Part shown: piece by piece, positions 27,786 through 37,231 of the stretch
Layout of the letters: each line of letters starts with the position of its first letter
How positions within the stretch are numbered: position 1 is the stretch's first letter
Assembly (NCBI GenBank): GCA_963665775.2
Contig: CAXXTF010000002.1
Coordinates: forward strand, 1,056,001-1,120,000
DNA from: Dehalococcoidia bacterium
Lineage (GTDB): Bacteria > Chloroflexota > Dehalococcoidia > SM23-28-2 > RBG-16-64-32
Direction: 5' to 3'
DNA: 64,000 nt
The notes under the pieces: model-generated
Databases searched by the model: none
What the model saw: only the letters and a program-made list of their open reading frames with translations
Told to the model about the DNA's origin: nothing
Position numbers and translations under genes: made by a program

Positions 27786-29726
27786 ATGACGGAAGTCGAA
27801 GACGTTAAGGCGCGGCTGGATATAGTGGATGTCATTGGCCAGTACGTCCAATTGCAGCGGGCGGGCCGCAGCCTCAAGGCCCCCTGCCCGTTCCATAGCG
27901 AACGGACGCCTTCGTTCATCGTCTCGCCCGAACGACAAAGCTGGCACTGCTTCGGAGCCTGCGGCGCCGGGGGCGACGTCATCTCCTTCGTGATGCGCAA
28001 GGAAGGGCTGGAGTTCCCGGAGGCGCTGAGGCTGCTGGCCCAGCGAGCCGGGGTGCCCCTGCGCGAGCGCCAGGCCTCTGAGCAGGAGGACCGGCAGCGG
28101 GAGCGGCTACGGGCCGCGAACGAGGCCGCCGCTACCTGGTATCGGCAGCAGCTGCTGAGCGGCGATCCGGGTCGGGAGGCGCAGCAGTACCTGGCCGGGC
28201 GCGGCATCGACGGGCCTGCGGCGGAGGCCTTCCAGCTAGGATACAGCCCGGCGGCCTGGGAGGCGATGCGTAAGCACCTGGGGGAGCGGGGCTTTAGCGA
28301 CAGCGAGCTACTGGCGGCCGGACTCCTCGTCGAGGGCGACTCGGGGCCGCGCGATCGCTTCCGCGGTCGCCTGATGTTCCCCATCCGGGATGTCCGGGGA
28401 CGGATTACCGGCTTCGGAGGGCGGGCCCTGGACGATACCCTGCCCAAGTACCTAAACACGGCTCAGACCGCCATATTCGACAAGGGGAGCACCCTCTACG
28501 GTCTTGACCGGGCGGCGGAGGCGATTCGACAAGAAGGTGAAGCCGTGATCGTGGAGGGCTACATGGACGTCATAGCCGCCCACCAGCACGGGTTCACCAA
28601 CGTGGTGGCCGCTATGGGCACAGCGCTCACGGAGCGACAGGTATCGCTCCTGAAACGGCACGCCCGGAAGGCCATAGTCGCCCTGGACCCGGACCTGGCG
28701 GGGAGCGAGGCGACGCTGCGGGCCCTCTCCCTGCACGTGGAGATGGGGACGCGAGCGCAGCCGTTTAACCCTAGCCCCGCCTCGGCCAGCGAGGAGGAGT
28801 TCCAGGAGGACCTCTTCCGGATCCAGCGCGGCGTCGTGGCGGGGAACGTGGAGGTAGACGTCGAAGTGGCGACGCTGCCCCCCGGAAAAGATCCGGACGA
28901 GTTGATCCGAGAGTCATCGGAGGCGTGGCGAGAGCTGGTGGACTCAGCGAGGCCGCTAATGGAGTTCTGGTTTGAGACGGCCGCCAGCAGGCGGGACATC
29001 TCCATCCCCAAGGAGCGCTCGGAGTTGGCGCGGGAGCTGCTGCCCGTCGTGGGAATCGTACGGGACGCGGTAGTGCAGGCCCACTACCTGCAACGGTTGT
29101 CGAGGCTGGCCCTGGTGAGCGAGGGGGAGCTGGCAGCGATGCTGGCTGCCCAGCGCCGGGGGACGAAGCGCGGTGCGCCCGAGAGGCCAGGCCGCGCGGT
29201 CGGCACGGCGGACGCCCGTGGTAATACCAAGGAGGAGTTCCTCCTGGCGCTGCTATTGCAGCATCCTCAGTTGAGGCCGGAGGGGCTAGCGCTAGAGGAG
29301 GAGCTGTTATGGGAGAGCGAGAACCGGCAGCTGCTGGCTATCTGGAAGCGCAGGGAAGGGATAGAAGCGGTAAAAGGAGCACTGCCGGATGAAATACTGC
29401 CCCACCTGGAGCGTCTAATAAATCACAGGCTCCCTTCTTTCGGACCCAAGGAAGCCCGAGACGCGTTTGCCGACTGCCGCCAGCGGCTACAGCGACGCCA
29501 GCTTATGGTGGAGAAACAGGCCATAACGGCGCTACTGGCGGCCCGGGAGGAGGAGCTGGGGGCCTCGGCGCTGGCGGAGGCGGCAGTGTCCGCGGCGCCG
29601 GAGGACGAGAGTATGCGGGAGGTTGTTAGCCTCCACATCCGGGATATGGAGGCAGGACTAAAGTTGCACCGAAGGGAGAGGAGTGACGGCGGCGGCGAAT
29701 CCGTCGAGACAAGCATCGATGGTTAA
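27786..29726 (+). CDS. dnaG: DNA primase
   Basis: CPFH...HCFGAC zinc finger, [28 protein letters not shown]. Confidence 0.96.
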   Translation: MTEVEDVKARLDIVDVIGQYVQLQRAGRSLKAPCPFHSERTPSFIVSPERQSWHCFGACGAGGDVISFVMRKEGLEFPEALRLLAQRAGVPLRERQASEQEDRQRERLRAANEAAATWYRQQLLSGDPGREAQQYLAGRGIDGPAAEAFQLGYSPAAWEAMRKHLGERGFSDSELLAAGLLVEGDSGPRDRFRGRLMFPIRDVRGRITGFGGRALDDTLPKYLNTAQTAIFDKGSTLYGLDRAAEAIRQEGEAVIVEGYMDVIAAHQHGFTNVVAAMGTALTERQVSLLKRHARKAIVALDPDLAGSEATLRALSLHVEMGTRAQPFNPSPASASEEEFQEDLFRIQRGVVAGNVEVDVEVATLPPGKDPDELIRESSEAWRELVDSARPLMEFWFETAASRRDISIPKERSELARELLPVVGIVRDAVVQAHYLQRLSRLALVSEGELAAMLAAQRRGTKRGAPERPGRAVGTADARGNTKEEFLLALLLQHPQLRPEGLALEEELLWESENRQLLAIWKRREGIEAVKGALPDEILPHLERLINHRLPSFGPKEARDAFADCRQRLQRRQLMVEKQAITALLAAREEELGASALAEAAVSAAPEDESMREVVSLHIRDMEAGLKLHRRERSDGGGESVETSIDG

Positions 29727-31284
29727 CAAATTTGAGAAACAGAAAGAGCGGCTGGACCGGCGCCAGCTCCGGGGTCGTCTGGCAGACGACTTGCTGGAGG
29801 ACGTAGTCGATGAGAGCGAGAGCGAGAACGAGAACGAGACGGAGGAGGCACCAAGAGTATCTATCGAGCCCGATGGCGACGTGGTGAAGGAGCTCCCGCC
29901 GATATCGCGTGCGACCCCTCGCACGCCGCTGGACATAGAAGAATGGGGAGAACGGACACCGAAGAAGCTGGCAGAGGAGGCGGGGGTCGTCGAACTAGAC
30001 GATCTGGAAGAGGGGGTAGACGATCCCGTCCGCATGTACCTGCGGGAGATCGGCAAGGTAAGCCTCCTGACCGCACAGGACGAGAAACGTCTGGCCCGCG
30101 CTATGGAGGACGGAGATTACATCCGCCGCATCGAGAATCTGTACATCGAGGAGCGGGGCCGACGCCCACGCGCAGCCGACGTGCTGGTGGTGCTCCTGAG
30201 GGACCTGTACGACCTGCGCAAGACCGTTAACATCGTGACTAAACAGCTTGGTCTAAAGCGACTACTGGTCTCAGATCTCATCACCAACGAGCAGCTCCGG
30301 GGGGTCGTGGACGGAGAGATAGACCTGGAAATGTCGGCCCACCTCGTCTCGCTGCTGAAGATCGAGGAGATGGATGCCAACCGGCTGCTGGTGCGGACGT
30401 CCATAGTCACGCACATCTTGACGCCGGACCTGGTGTCGTGGGCAGCCGAAGCGACCGGCAGCGAAAAGAAGCTCCTGCCGCCGGCCGACGATCTCGCGGA
30501 CAGACTCACGAATCGCGAGGGCCGGATTACAGCCCACTTCCAGCGGCTAAAGAAAGAGGGGCTCCAGGCCGAGAAGCGGCTGACAGAGGCGAACCTCCGT
30601 CTGGTGGTTAGCGTAGCCAAGAAGTACATCGGCCGGGGGATGTCCTTGCTGGACCTGATCCAGGAAGGGAACATCGGCCTTATCCGGGCAGTAGAGAAGT
30701 TTGATTACCGGAAAGGCTACAAGTTCAGCACCTACGCCACCTGGTGGATTCGACAGGCCATCACCAGGGCGATCGCCGATCAGGCGCGGACGATCCGCAT
30801 ACCCGTACACATGGTGGAGACGATCAACAAGCTGGTGCGGGTGAGCCGTCGCCTGGTGCAGGAGTACGGCCGCGAGCCGACCAGCGAGGAGATCGGCAAG
30901 GGGCTGGAAGTGGGGACGGAGAAGGTGCGGGAGATCGTCAAGGTATCGCAGGAGCCGGTTTCGCTGGAGACGCCGATAGGGGAAGAGGAGGACTCCCATC
31001 TGGGAGACTTCATCGAGGACCAGGGGACGATGGCGCCGGCGGAGGCGGCCTCGCACCAGCTGCTAAAGGAGCAGGTGCAGGAAGTCGTGGGCAGCCTCAC
31101 ACCCCGCGAGCAGAAGGTGCTCGTCTTGCGCTTTGGCCTGGAGGACGGCCGCAGCCGGACCCTGGAGGAGGTAGGCAGGGAGTTCAACGTGACACGGGAA
31201 CGGATTCGGCAGATAGAGGCGAAGGCGCTACGCAAGCTACGTCATCCCAGCCGCAGTAACAAGCTGAAGGACTACCTGGAATGA
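29719..31284 (+). CDS. rpoD: Primary sigma factor RpoD/SigA
   Basis: [67 protein letters not shown]. Confidence 0.97.
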   Translation: MVNKFEKQKERLDRRQLRGRLADDLLEDVVDESESENENETEEAPRVSIEPDGDVVKELPPISRATPRTPLDIEEWGERTPKKLAEEAGVVELDDLEEGVDDPVRMYLREIGKVSLLTAQDEKRLARAMEDGDYIRRIENLYIEERGRRPRAADVLVVLLRDLYDLRKTVNIVTKQLGLKRLLVSDLITNEQLRGVVDGEIDLEMSAHLVSLLKIEEMDANRLLVRTSIVTHILTPDLVSWAAEATGSEKKLLPPADDLADRLTNREGRITAHFQRLKKEGLQAEKRLTEANLRLVVSVAKKYIGRGMSLLDLIQEGNIGLIRAVEKFDYRKGYKFSTYATWWIRQAITRAIADQARTIRIPVHMVETINKLVRVSRRLVQEYGREPTSEEIGKGLEVGTEKVREIVKVSQEPVSLETPIGEEEDSHLGDFIEDQGTMAPAEAASHQLLKEQVQEVVGSLTPREQKVLVLRFGLEDGRSRTLEEVGREFNVTRERIRQIEAKALRKLRHPSRSNKLKDYLE

Positions 31285-31290
31285 GAAGGG

Positions 31291-31623
31291 ATGCCGATGA
31301 AGATCCTGGTGACCGTTGAACGGGATGACGATGGCAAGTTCCTCGCCGAGTGCCCTTACTTGCCTGGCCTCATAGGCAAGGGGGAGACATCCGAAGAGGC
31401 CCTGGCTAAGGTCCAGAAGGCGATAGAGGACTCTGTCAACAAGCGCCGGCAGGATGGGCACGACCCCGCTCTCGGAATAACCGGACCATCAGACCTGGTC
31501 GACATGTCTGACGAAGCCATCGCGACCATCAAGGAGTCGATAGAAGGCCTCATCCAGGCGCGCAAAGCGGACGGGCTCCCTACGGCAGACCTCGAGGTCA
31601 CCGATATAGAGGTAACGGTCTAG
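31291..31623 (+). CDS. HicB-like antitoxin-family protein (no hicA nearby)
   Basis: VERDDDGKFLAECPYLPG...GETSEEAL pattern typical of the HicB N-terminal domain. Confidence 0.75.
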   Translation: MPMKILVTVERDDDGKFLAECPYLPGLIGKGETSEEALAKVQKAIEDSVNKRRQDGHDPALGITGPSDLVDMSDEAIATIKESIEGLIQARKADGLPTADLEVTDIEVTV

Positions 31624-31682
31624 CCCGGATTTACGGAGGATAGCAGCCCTTATCATCGAAAAGTGGAGGCTATGAGAAGAGG

Positions 31683-31907
31683 ATGCCGCTTTACGAGTAC
31701 TTCTGCCCAAAGTGCGAGAGTAAGTACGAGCTGTTGCGGCCCCTGAGCCGCATGGACGAGCCAGCCGTTTGTAAGGCCGGCCATACCAGGGGCGAGCGGG
31801 TGCTGTCTATGTTCGCCGTGATGACCAGAGGGGGCGACGGCGAGGTGAGCTCCGTGGGCGGTTGCGGCTGCGGCGCCGGCAATTGTGGCAGCTGCGGCCT
31901 GAACTGA
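31683..31907 (+). CDS. FmdB-family zinc-ribbon protein
   Basis: MPLYEYFCPKC...C, with a Cys/Gly-rich tail. Confidence 0.85.
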   Translation: MPLYEYFCPKCESKYELLRPLSRMDEPAVCKAGHTRGERVLSMFAVMTRGGDGEVSSVGGCGCGAGNCGSCGLN

Positions 31908-31943
31908 CCACTCGCGGCCCTGCTATCGAAGCGCACCCCGACG

Positions 31944-32717
31944 TCAGGCTCGCAACGTGACTTCGCCGGCCACAACCGTCACCCTGGACTCGTCCGCTCG
32001 GCGCAGGATCAGGTTCCCTTCGGCATCCACGTCTTCCGCCAATCCCTCCTCCACCTGATCACCAGAGGTGACCCGCACGTGGCGACCCAGGGTCTCCAGA
32101 CGCGAGCGCCACGCCTCGTACACGGCTGTACCGCGCTCCGACTCCACGTAAAGCGCCTCGAATCGGTTCAGAAAGGCCGCCAGGACCTCCTCCCGCGAGA
32201 CCTCGTGCCCCAACTCTTGCCAGAGGCTGGTGGCGATGGAAGCGATCTCTGGTATCGCCCGGACGTCCAGGTTAACGTTCAGCCCAACCCCCACGAGCGA
32301 ATACTGCGGCATCTGCCCGGAAAGCTCTGTATCTATCATCACCCCCGCCAGCTTGCGTCCTGCCACTAGGAGATCGTTGGGCCACTTGATGCGGGGCGAT
32401 AGACGGGTGGTCGTCTCGACGGCCTGAGCCGCCGCCAGGGGTGCGACCATGCTGAGGGAGCGCATGCGCTCCAGGGACGGTCGTAAGAGCAGGGTCACGT
32501 AGAGGTTCGCTCCCGCCGGGGACACCCAGGAACGGCCCAGACGGCCTCGCCCGGCGGTCTGGGCTTCAGCCACGACGGCCGTGCCCTCGGGCGCACCGCC
32601 TTCGGCCTCGCCACGCGCCACGTCCTGGGTGGACGAGACGCTGGCGTGATAGAGCAAGCGGCGGCCAACGAACGCGGTGTTGAGCCGCCCGTCTATCGAC
32701 TCAAGATGTAACGACAT
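31944..32717 (-). CDS. birA: Biotin--protein ligase (no HTH)
   Basis: SSTQ, AEAQTAGRGRLGRSW, IKWPND, KLAGVM, GVGLNVN; no N-terminal HTH. Confidence 0.94.
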   Translation of the reverse strand: MSLHLESIDGRLNTAFVGRRLLYHASVSSTQDVARGEAEGGAPEGTAVVAEAQTAGRGRLGRSWVSPAGANLYVTLLLRPSLERMRSLSMVAPLAAAQAVETTTRLSPRIKWPNDLLVAGRKLAGVMIDTELSGQMPQYSLVGVGLNVNLDVRAIPEIASIATSLWQELGHEVSREEVLAAFLNRFEALYVESERGTAVYEAWRSRLETLGRHVRVTSGDQVEEGLAEDVDAEGNLILRRADESRVTVVAGEVTLRA

Positions 32718-32744
32718 GAGAGTGTCCGGGGGATAGTCGCGGTG

Positions 32745-32780
32745 AAAACAAAAGGCCAGCCGCAAGCGGCCGGCCTTTTG
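32745..32780 (-). terminator. Intrinsic terminator
   Basis: Minus strand GGCCGGCCGC-TT-GCGGCTGGCC followed by TTTTGTTTT. Confidence 0.8.
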
Positions 32781-32816
32781 CGCTAGGCACGTAGGCCTGT
32801 CCTACGCACCTTTCGG

Positions 32817-32891
32817 TTATCGCACCAACACCTCGGAGAGCTGAAGGTGTGAATGGACAGGCCTACGGCCAGAGCTTGGTTTGTCACCCAT
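32817..32891 (-). CDS. Putative 24-aa small peptide MGDKPSSGRRPVHSHLQLSEVLVR
   Basis: SD AAAGGAGGTGA 5 nt upstream of ATG; promoter-like TTGTGG-N17-TAGCAT upstream; downstream hairpin and terminator. Confidence 0.5.
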   Translation of the reverse strand: MGDKPSSGRRPVHSHLQLSEVLVR

Positions 32892-33107
32892 TCACATCAC
32901 CTCCTTTCCTGAGAAGGATGCTAACACAGGGGAGCATCATCCACAAGCCCGTGTGCGCACCGATCGAGCGCCACGGCGCGGGTCGCCATCTGAGAACTCT
33001 ACCCCTAGCCCTTTACGCCTCTCAATCCCTTGAATTGGTTACAAAAATAGGGACGAGGCGCGTCTGGGGCCAAGGAAGGGAACGGACGGAAGAGGCGCGC
33101 GGCGGCC

Positions 33108-34628
33108 TTAGCGGCCCGCCAGCAGTTCCCGGAGCACGCTCCTCGCCACGTTGCGATCGTCGCACTCGTACGAGGAGTCCGCCAGGAATACCTCCCCCTC
33201 GTGGCCCTTTCCGGCTAGCAGCACTACATCCTCGTCCACAGCCATGGCCAGCGCCTGGGCTATGGCCTGGCGTCGGTCCGGAATCAGGGCGAAGTCGTGG
33301 CCCTCACGCTTGCCGGCGGCGCGCAGGCCGGCGGCGATCTCCGCGCCGATCCCATTTCGATCCTCGCTGTACGGGTTATCATCGGTAACGATGGTGTAGT
33401 CGGCATCCTCTGCCGCCACCCGACCCATGGGGAGGCGCCGCTCCTCCTCACGCTCCCCGATGCAGCCGAAGACGGCGATCAGCCGTCCACGCGAGCGGGC
33501 CCGCAGCAGCTGGAGCGCCCGCCGCAATGAGTCCGGGGCATGGGCGAAGTCCACGACCACCGTAAAGGGCTGACCCTCGTCAATGAGCTCCATCCGCCCC
33601 GGGGCGCCAGGCCAGCTGTCCAAACCTCTAACGACGGCGTCCAGCTCCAGGCCGGCAGCCAAGCCCACAGCGGCGGCGGCCAGGGCGTTGGCAACATTGA
33701 AGAGACCGGGCCGCCCTATCCTCGCGCCGGCCTCCCCCGCAGGGCTCCTCAGCAGGAAGCGCGAGCCCCACCCCTCCGGCACGACCTCGGAGGCGGACAC
33801 GTCGGCCTGAGATCGAAGACCATAGGTGACCGGCAAGGCTCGGCTCCGGCCGGCAAGATACTCGTGGGATGGATCGTCCGCATTGAGAACGGCCGCCTTC
33901 TCGACATCCTTGGCGAGCGATCTATCCAGCATGGCGAAGAGCTGCCCCTTGGCGGCCAGATACTGCGCGGCCGAGCCGTGGAAACCGATATGGTCCATCC
34001 CCACGTTGGTAATCGCGGCGATATCGAACTCACAGCCGTCGAGGCGGTGGAGACTGAGTCCGTGGGAGGTGGCCTCAACGACTGCCCAGCGACAGCCGTC
34101 CGCCAGCATCTGAGAGAGCATCGACTGTAGGTGGGGCGCCTCGGGCGTGGTGAACCGCCCCGTGTCGGGTAGCGGGGCCTGGCCGCTGCGACAGCCAGCG
34201 GTACTCACCAGCCCGCTCCTCTGGCCGGCCGTCTCCAGGACGTGAGCGATGAGGTGGGCCAGGCTGGTCTTGCCATCGGTCCCCGTTACGCCCACGACCC
34301 GTAATCGCCGAGCCGGGTGCCCGTGCAGCGCTGCGGCGACCTCGGCCAGGGCAGCGCGGGTGTCGGGCACTACCAGCGCCGGGACGACGCCCGCTAGCGT
34401 GGGACGCCACCTCTCCTCACGATCGGCCTGCACGACGACGGCCGCAGCGCCGGCGTCCAGGGCCTGAGCGATGTAGTCGTGGCCATCGGCCTGGAGACCG
34501 GGCACCGCCACGAAGATAGAGCCAGGGCCGGCCTGACGAGAGTCGTAGCAAACCGAGGTTATCGTGACGCTGCCGTCGCCACGCAGTTCGGCCTGGGATA
34601 GTTCAGCCCGCAGTTGGCTCAGATTCAT
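33108..34628 (-). CDS. murE: MurE-family Mur ligase
   Basis: YDSR, DGHDY, GVTGTDGKTS, TTPEA, EATSHG, PGRME, VDFAHAPD, AGKGHE. Confidence 0.9.
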   Translation of the reverse strand: MNLSQLRAELSQAELRGDGSVTITSVCYDSRQAGPGSIFVAVPGLQADGHDYIAQALDAGAAAVVVQADREERWRPTLAGVVPALVVPDTRAALAEVAAALHGHPARRLRVVGVTGTDGKTSLAHLIAHVLETAGQRSGLVSTAGCRSGQAPLPDTGRFTTPEAPHLQSMLSQMLADGCRWAVVEATSHGLSLHRLDGCEFDIAAITNVGMDHIGFHGSAAQYLAAKGQLFAMLDRSLAKDVEKAAVLNADDPSHEYLAGRSRALPVTYGLRSQADVSASEVVPEGWGSRFLLRSPAGEAGARIGRPGLFNVANALAAAAVGLAAGLELDAVVRGLDSWPGAPGRMELIDEGQPFTVVVDFAHAPDSLRRALQLLRARSRGRLIAVFGCIGEREEERRLPMGRVAAEDADYTIVTDDNPYSEDRNGIGAEIAAGLRAAGKREGHDFALIPDRRQAIAQALAMAVDEDVVLLAGKGHEGEVFLADSSYECDDRNVARSVLRELLAGR

Positions 34629-34674
34629 AGCTAAGGATAGGAACGGCCCGCCGGCCGTTTCGTTGCGGCGGTGA

Positions 34675-35043
34675 GCGGACCCAGTAGGCCTGTAGGCCGA
34701 GTTCTGTATCCCGACACTGTCAGGACGGTGACCATCTATCTGGGACGACGGTTACCCGCCGCCTCCTGCAGCCAACCCGAGGGTTTGGGCCGGGCGTCCC
34801 TTAACACCCTCCTATTTGGCCTTGCTCCGCGCGGGGTTTGGCCGGCCTCCAACTCACGCTGAAGCCGGTGGGCTCTTACCCCACCATTTCACCCTTACCC
34901 CGATGAATCGAGGCGGTATGTTTCTGTGCCACTTTCCGTCGGGTCACCCCGCCTGGGCGTTACCCAGCGCGCTGCCCGGAGGAGCTCGGACCTTCCTCCC
35001 CCCGCCAGAGACGGGGAGCGGTCACCCGGCCTACTGGGCCCGC
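34675..35043 (-). ncRNA. rnpB: RNase P RNA (bacterial type A)
   Basis: Minus strand GAGGAAGGTCCGAGCTC...GGAAAGTGGCACAGAAA...GGGTGAAATGGTGGGGTAAGAGCCCACC...GGAGCAAGGCCAAATAG...TAGATGG...ACAGAACTCGGCCTA; terminal P1 helix; extended -10 TGCTATACT just upstream. Confidence 0.97.
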
Positions 35044-35168
35044 AGCCAGTATAGCATCCCGCCACAACCTCCCCTGCGGCTCCACACGACTTACCTGTAA
35101 CGTCCGGAAGCGATACGCATCCCAAGCTTGTTGCAACCGAATCGACTATGTTAAGGAGACGAGAGCCC

Positions 35169-35387
35169 ATGGAATGCCCGATGTGCCGCGGCGGTGGAAG
35201 CTGCCTCGAGTGCGATGGGCTCGGCGCGGTCACCTGCCGGGAATGTGATGGGCTGGGCTGCGAGGTATGCCGGCGGAGCGGGGCGGAGCCATGCCTGCCC
35301 TGCAACAGCAGTGGCTCTTGCCGCCGCTGCCAGGGAGAGGGCCAGGTGGACACGGCTATACCACTTCCCTTCCGCTACGGCCACTGA
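35169..35387 (+). CDS. Small Cys-rich protein with DnaJ-type CxxCxGxG repeats
   Basis: AAGGAG RBS; six CxxC motifs, most followed by xGxG. Confidence 0.75.
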   Translation: MECPMCRGGGSCLECDGLGAVTCRECDGLGCEVCRRSGAEPCLPCNSSGSCRRCQGEGQVDTAIPLPFRYGH

Positions 35388-35408
35388 GAACAGGCGGGCA
35401 ACCGGTCT

Positions 35409-35822
35409 CTAGTCCAGGCCGCGATCCAAGGCCAGATTGGCCAGCTCATCGGCCCGCCTGTTCTGCTCCCGCGGGATGGCACGCACCTGGAAGGCAGCGA
35501 ACTGTCGCCGGAGGTCCACGAGCCGCCCGAAAAGGGGCTTAAGTCGGGCGTTGCGCACCCGGTACCGGAACTCCAGCTGACGCACGACGAGCTCTGAGTC
35601 CATCCTCAGTTCGACGTTTTGCGCCCCCATGGCCACCGCCGCCTCCAGGGCAGCGATGGCGGCCTGATACTCGGCCTCATTGTTGGTGGCTCGGCCGATG
35701 CGGCGGGAGATAGCGTGAATCTCTTTCCCAGCCTCATCATAGATCGCTGCCCCAATAGAAGAAGGGCCGGGGTTGCCGCGGGAAGCACCGTCAGTGAATA
35801 TAAGCCACGTTGCGTCAGGCAA
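35409..35822 (-). CDS. rnhA: Ribonuclease HI (Bacillus/actinobacterial type)
   Basis: FTDGASRGNPG, TNNEAEY, DSELVVRQ, IPREQNRRADELAN. Confidence 0.95.
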   Translation of the reverse strand: MPDATWLIFTDGASRGNPGPSSIGAAIYDEAGKEIHAISRRIGRATNNEAEYQAAIAALEAAVAMGAQNVELRMDSELVVRQLEFRYRVRNARLKPLFGRLVDLRRQFAAFQVRAIPREQNRRADELANLALDRGLD

Positions 35823-35829
35823 CGGCGCC

Positions 35830-37230
35830 CTACGGATTCACCAGCGTCTCGACGCTATCATCACGCACGACGACTCGATCGAGCAGGACGCGCAGAAGCT
35901 CCTGCCGTTGCGGGAAGGGGAGCCGGCCCCAATCGTCTCTCAGACGAACCAGAACCCCTTGACGTTGGCGCCTCCTCTCCGCCTCCGTCACCTCCTGCTG
36001 AACCAGGCGCTGCGCCTCGGCGAGCTTCTCCTCCAGCTCCAGTTGTTGAGTGGCCAAGGCCAGACTGAGGGAGCGCAACCGCTCTCCATTCATGCGACCA
36101 GATGTCGTGGAGTCAAGATGGCGCTCCAACCGCTTGTCCAGGCCCCGCATCCTCTCTCGCAACCGCCGGCTGCGATCCTCCCTCTCCTCCGGAGTGCCAG
36201 CCCCATCGCCGGGTTGGGAATGCGCCGACTGCGATTCGCCACTGAGGAGGGCTTGACAAACGGCCTCCTCCAGCTCTTCCGCACGGTGGGTGTGATAGTC
36301 GCATACGCTGCGGTTGGCACGGGACTCGCACTGGTAGTAGCGGTACTTGGCAGCGCGAACGGTGCCATCGCGTCGCCGCCAGCTCTGCTTGCGAGTGACG
36401 CCGATCATCTTGCTGCCACAGTAGCCGCAGTGGGCCAGGCCCGAAAGCAAGAACGGTGACAGCTGGCGGGACCCCATCACGGGCTGCCGCTGGTCCAGCC
36501 TCTCCTGCACATCACGGAAGTCATCCTGGGAGATCAAAGGGGCATGGCTGGCCGGCACCCGTACTCCGAACCGGCTGTAGGTCCCAAGGTAAGCGCGGTT
36601 CCTGAGGATATCCCGCACCGTGACCATACTCCAGAGACCACCTCGGCGGGTGCGGAGACCGTCGTCGTTGAGCCGACGGGCTATGCGGCGAATACCCAGC
36701 CCATCCTTCAGATACAGGCGAAAGATGTATCGGACAATGGAGCCCTCTTCAGGCATCACCACCAGGCGCCGCTTGGCCCCGACCCGATATCCGTAAGGGG
36801 GACGGCCCAGCACCTCGCCCTTGATCGCCTTGCGCCGCATCGCCTCCCTCACCCGATCCCCCAGGCGCCCGTTGGACCGCTGACTCGTCCAGCGCTCCAA
36901 CAGCGGACTGGCGGCATCATCGCCGTTCTCAAGACTGATGACGGTAACGCCCAGGCTGGCCAGCTGATAGTAGCGTCGGGCGGATTCGGTGAGGGCGGCA
37001 CCCAGGGTGGCCAAGTCTGACACCACCACGAGCAGGAAGCCACGATTCCCCTGCTGCCTGACGAACTCCACCATCTGGCGGAAGCCGGGCAGATCGCCCC
37101 CGTCCCTGTTAGCATCGAGAAAGGCGGCGGCCGCCTCGTACCCGTTACCACGGCAGAACTCCAGGAACAGCCGGCTCTGCTCAGCCAGCGAGTCGCCTTG
37201 CCTTTCCCTGAAGTAGCCTATCGCCCGCAT
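35830..37230 (-). CDS. Large serine recombinase-like protein, apparently catalytically inactive
   Basis: Resolvase-like N-domain, PPYGY, recombinase domain (IFRLY...GIRRIARRLN...ILRNRAYLG), zinc ribbon (LLSGLAHCGYCG...YYQC...C) and coiled coil; YxRVS is replaced by YFRER. Confidence 0.85.
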   Translation of the reverse strand: MRAIGYFRERQGDSLAEQSRLFLEFCRGNGYEAAAAFLDANRDGGDLPGFRQMVEFVRQQGNRGFLLVVVSDLATLGAALTESARRYYQLASLGVTVISLENGDDAASPLLERWTSQRSNGRLGDRVREAMRRKAIKGEVLGRPPYGYRVGAKRRLVVMPEEGSIVRYIFRLYLKDGLGIRRIARRLNDDGLRTRRGGLWSMVTVRDILRNRAYLGTYSRFGVRVPASHAPLISQDDFRDVQERLDQRQPVMGSRQLSPFLLSGLAHCGYCGSKMIGVTRKQSWRRRDGTVRAAKYRYYQCESRANRSVCDYHTHRAEELEEAVCQALLSGESQSAHSQPGDGAGTPEEREDRSRRLRERMRGLDKRLERHLDSTTSGRMNGERLRSLSLALATQQLELEEKLAEAQRLVQQEVTEAERRRQRQGVLVRLRDDWGRLPFPQRQELLRVLLDRVVVRDDSVETLVNP

Positions 37231-37231
37231 G

